Assembly (NCBI GenBank): GCA_965223345.1
Contig: CBDCWG010000012.1
Coordinates: 1,856,001 to 1,920,000, forward strand
DNA: 64,000 nucleotides
Direction: 5' to 3'
Origin: Nitrospinales bacterium
GTDB lineage: Bacteria > Nitrospinota > Nitrospinia > Nitrospinales > VA-1
Shown here: piece after piece, positions 61,281 to 64,000 of the stretch
How positions within the stretch are numbered: the stretch's first letter is position 1
Layout: each line of letters opens with the position of its first letter
The notes under the pieces: model-generated
Seen by the model: the letters and a program-made list of their open reading frames with translations, nothing else
What the model was told of the DNA's origin: nothing
The model's database searches: none
Program-made: the position numbers and the translations under genes

Positions 61281-61860
61281 AACCTCTCAAGTCACGCGTG
61301 CGACACGGGAAACGGAAATCCAGGTCGAGGTCAACATCGACGGGACCGGTGTGCAGGATATCCAGACGTCCATCCCGTTTCTCGATCACATGCTCGCGCA
61401 GTTGGCGAAGCATGGGTTTTTCGACCTCAAGGTTATAGCCAAAGGCGACATCCACATCGATTACCACCATACGGTGGAAGATGTGGGCATCACCCTCGGG
61501 CAGGCGTTCGAGAAGGCCCTGGGCGACAAAAAGGGGATCCGCCGGTTTTCCCAGGCGTCCGTCCCGCTCAATGAGGCGCTGGCCAATTGCGTGGTCGATA
61601 TTTCCGGCCGCGCTTTTTTTGTGTTCGAGCTTGAGCTGCCCAAATCCAAGATCGGCCAGTTCGATGTAGAGCTGGTGCCGGAGTTTTTCCAGGCTTTCTC
61701 CGCCAACAGCGGCCTCACCCTGCATTTTCATTCCTGCTACTGGAGCAATCTCCACCACATCGTCGAAGCGCTGTTCAAATCCTTCGCCCGGGCTCTCGAT
61801 CAGGCCTGCGCGCTCGACCCGCGTTCGCAGGCCATCCCGTCCACGAAGGGGAAGCTGTGA
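61273..61860 (+). CDS. hisB: Imidazoleglycerol-phosphate dehydratase
   Basis: FLDHML, DYHHTVED, NLHHIVEA, PSTKG. Confidence 0.97.
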   Translation: MARTSQVTRATRETEIQVEVNIDGTGVQDIQTSIPFLDHMLAQLAKHGFFDLKVIAKGDIHIDYHHTVEDVGITLGQAFEKALGDKKGIRRFSQASVPLNEALANCVVDISGRAFFVFELELPKSKIGQFDVELVPEFFQAFSANSGLTLHFHSCYWSNLHHIVEALFKSFARALDQACALDPRSQAIPSTKGKL

Positions 61861-62486
61861 TCGCGATCGTCGATTACGGCATGGGCAACCTGCGCTCGGT
61901 GCAGAAGGGATTCGAGTCGGTGGGAGCCGACGCGGTGGTGACCCACGACAAGGACACCATCCTTTCCGCGCATTCCGTCGTCCTGCCCGGCGTCGGCGCT
62001 TTCAAGGACTGCATGCACAATCTGGAGCGGCTCGATCTGGTCGATGTGGTGCACCGGTCGATCCAGAGCGGCAAGCCGTTTCTGGGCATCTGTCTCGGCC
62101 TGCAGCTGCTGTTCAACCAGAGTGAGGAATTCGGCCGGGTTTCCGGTCTGGGGGTGCTGCCCGGCGAGGTGGTGGGGTTTTCCGGCCGCATGCCGGATTC
62201 TACTGAGGAGCCGGGGCTCAAGATCCCGCACATGGGCTGGAACACGGTGCGGGTGCACGGCGACAATCCGCTGTTCGCGTCGATCCCCAACGATTCGTAT
62301 TTTTATTTCGTGCATTCCTATTATGTGGTGCCGCAAAACCCGGAGGACGTGGCGACCACGACCCACTACGGCGTGGAGTTCGTTTCCAGCGTCCACCATG
62401 AAAACATCTTCGCGTTCCAGTTCCATCCGGAAAAAAGCCAGAAGCTGGGACTGACTCTCCTGAAAAACTTTTCCCAATTGAACTGA
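61857..62486 (+). CDS. hisH: Imidazole glycerol phosphate synthase, glutaminase subunit
   Basis: DYGMGNLRSV, LPGVGAF, GICLGLQ, PHMGWN, YFVHSY, QFHPEKS. Confidence 0.97.
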   Translation: MIAIVDYGMGNLRSVQKGFESVGADAVVTHDKDTILSAHSVVLPGVGAFKDCMHNLERLDLVDVVHRSIQSGKPFLGICLGLQLLFNQSEEFGRVSGLGVLPGEVVGFSGRMPDSTEEPGLKIPHMGWNTVRVHGDNPLFASIPNDSYFYFVHSYYVVPQNPEDVATTTHYGVEFVSSVHHENIFAFQFHPEKSQKLGLTLLKNFSQLN

Positions 62487-62570
62487 CGCCCGGTCCCCGG
62501 CGATGACGTGCGGGTGCGCGGCGGGGATTGCGATGAGCGGGCCTGGCGTTGAACGCTTGAGGCGTGCAAG

Positions 62571-63485
62571 GTGAATCCCTCCGACACCGATTCCAATCCC
62601 CACTATCTGCGCGGGGTGGTCCTGGCGCTGGTGACGGCGGTCCTGTGGGGCGTCCTGCCGATCTTTCTGCGCATCGCGCTCAACGAGCTTTCCCCCGGAA
62701 CCATCGCCTGGTTCCGCTTTCTGTTTTCCTTTCTCCTGCTGTATCTGCTGCTGGCGCTGAAAGGTAGCCAGCCCACGCGCATCCTCGTGCGGCCGCCGGG
62801 ACTCGGTCTGCTGGCCGGGGTGTCGCTGTCGGCCAATTATTTCGCCGTCACCGAAGCGATCCGCCTGTCCAGCCCCTCCAACGTGGCCATCCTCATCCAG
62901 CTGGCGCCGGTGATGCTGGTGATCGTCGGCGTGCTGTTTTTCAAGGAGCGGATCAGCCGCTTGCAGTCGCTGGGCTTTGCGGTCGCGGCCGTCGGGTTCG
63001 TTCTGTTCTACCGGGAGCGGCAGGGGCAGGTTCAGGACCTGGAGCTGTACGCCACGGCGTGGTTTTACATCCTGCTGGGCACCTCGGTCTGGGTGCTCTA
63101 TATCTCTTGCCAGAAAATCCTCAGCCGCTCGTTCAGCGCGCAGTCGTTGAACCTCTTGGTATACGGCACCGCTGCGGTCGCGCTGCTGCCGCTGGTGCGC
63201 TGGGCCGAATTCGCCCCGTTGAGCCTTATGGGATGGACGGTGCTGGTCTTTCTCGGGCTCAACACGCTGCTGGCTTACGGGGCGCTGGCCGAATCGGTGA
63301 AGTACATACCGCTGACAGTCATCAGCCCGCTGATCACGCTCAATCCATTGATCACGCTGGCGGGGATGTGGGTTCTGCCGCGTTTCGTGCCGGAGAGGCT
63401 GGCGGCAGAGGTCATCGGATCGTGGGGTTATATCGGGGCCGTCGTCGCCGTTGCCGGCGTGGTGCTGGTGGTGATGAAGAAGTGA
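62571..63485 (+). CDS. DMT/EamA family transporter
   Basis: About 10 TM helices in two repeats; LWG, RF, LAP, LFFKERI. Confidence 0.9.
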   Translation: MNPSDTDSNPHYLRGVVLALVTAVLWGVLPIFLRIALNELSPGTIAWFRFLFSFLLLYLLLALKGSQPTRILVRPPGLGLLAGVSLSANYFAVTEAIRLSSPSNVAILIQLAPVMLVIVGVLFFKERISRLQSLGFAVAAVGFVLFYRERQGQVQDLELYATAWFYILLGTSVWVLYISCQKILSRSFSAQSLNLLVYGTAAVALLPLVRWAEFAPLSLMGWTVLVFLGLNTLLAYGALAESVKYIPLTVISPLITLNPLITLAGMWVLPRFVPERLAAEVIGSWGYIGAVVAVAGVVLVVMKK

Positions 63486-63585
63486 GGCCTTTCGATGGGG
63501 TTTTTTTTCGGGGATTGCGATACCGGGTGGCGCAACCTATGTTTGGTACAGGAAGGGGGTTTCCTGCAAAAGTAAGGAGATGAAT

Positions 63586-64000
63586 ATGGAAACCAATGCG
63601 TTGCCGAAATACGATCTAAGCGACAACCCGACGGGTTGTTGTCCCCGGTTCAAGCCGGAAGGATGGGACGGGCAGGAGCTGCATTTTGAGGAAAAACGGT
63701 TCGTCAAGGCCAAAACGCGCTGCCTGTTTCATGTGCCTCTCAATATGGGCTCGGTATTCACCAAAACGTGGGCTGCGATCGAAAAAGCGAATGCTTACAG
63801 CGAGGATGATTTGATCGTGCTTTCCCACGACCCGTCGCCCTGGATAGGCGAGCATTTTTTTTCGGTGAACAAAGACGTGCCGGGCCAGGACATAGTGCGT
63901 TTGACGGGCGACTACCTGACCAAGGTTTTTGAGGGGCCCTACAAAGATGCGCGAAAATGGTGTGAGGAAATGCAGGATTTCGTGGAGAGCAAGGGCCGGA
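63586..64000 (+). CDS. Conserved hypothetical protein, 3' end outside the window
   Basis: AAGGAG SD; open to the window end: METNALPKYDLSDNPTGCCPRFKPEGWDG...TKVFEGPYKDARKW. Confidence 0.8.
   Translation, partial: METNALPKYDLSDNPTGCCPRFKPEGWDGQELHFEEKRFVKAKTRCLFHVPLNMGSVFTKTWAAIEKANAYSEDDLIVLSHDPSPWIGEHFFSVNKDVPGQDIVRLTGDYLTKVFEGPYKDARKWCEEMQDFVESKGR

Overview
GC-rich (roughly 60% by eye) bacterial chromosomal window, mostly housekeeping. Gene content and style suggest a Nitrospina-like or related lineage, but this is inference only. Core loci: a DEAD-box helicase (truncated by the window edge), thpR-recA-recX-pilD, a lipoate-ligase-family gene, complex I nuoA-M (33.1-46.0 kb) with a nuoN 16 kb away on the opposite strand, sfsA, tgt, an MscS-like channel, argD-argF, comF, nhaD and ispA-dxs-hisB-hisH. 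No rRNA, tRNA, CRISPR array, transposase or integrase was recognised. The most unusual items are: (1) a 2672-aa protein with a signal peptide, a TolB/PD40 propeller and two TPR-CHAT modules, the first catalytically degenerate and the second retaining the His-Cys dyad; (2) a lipoprotein with a secretory-PLA2-type motif carrying His-Lys instead of His-Asp; (3) an exported FGE/SUMF1-family protein fused to two heme-c motifs; (4) a 2TM + PLD-like + beta-sandwich protein; (5) a nuoN split that one inversion would explain; (6) dtd broken by a short deletion; (7) small palindromic repeats and AT-rich single-gene islets. All family assignments come from reading motifs by eye, not from database searches.
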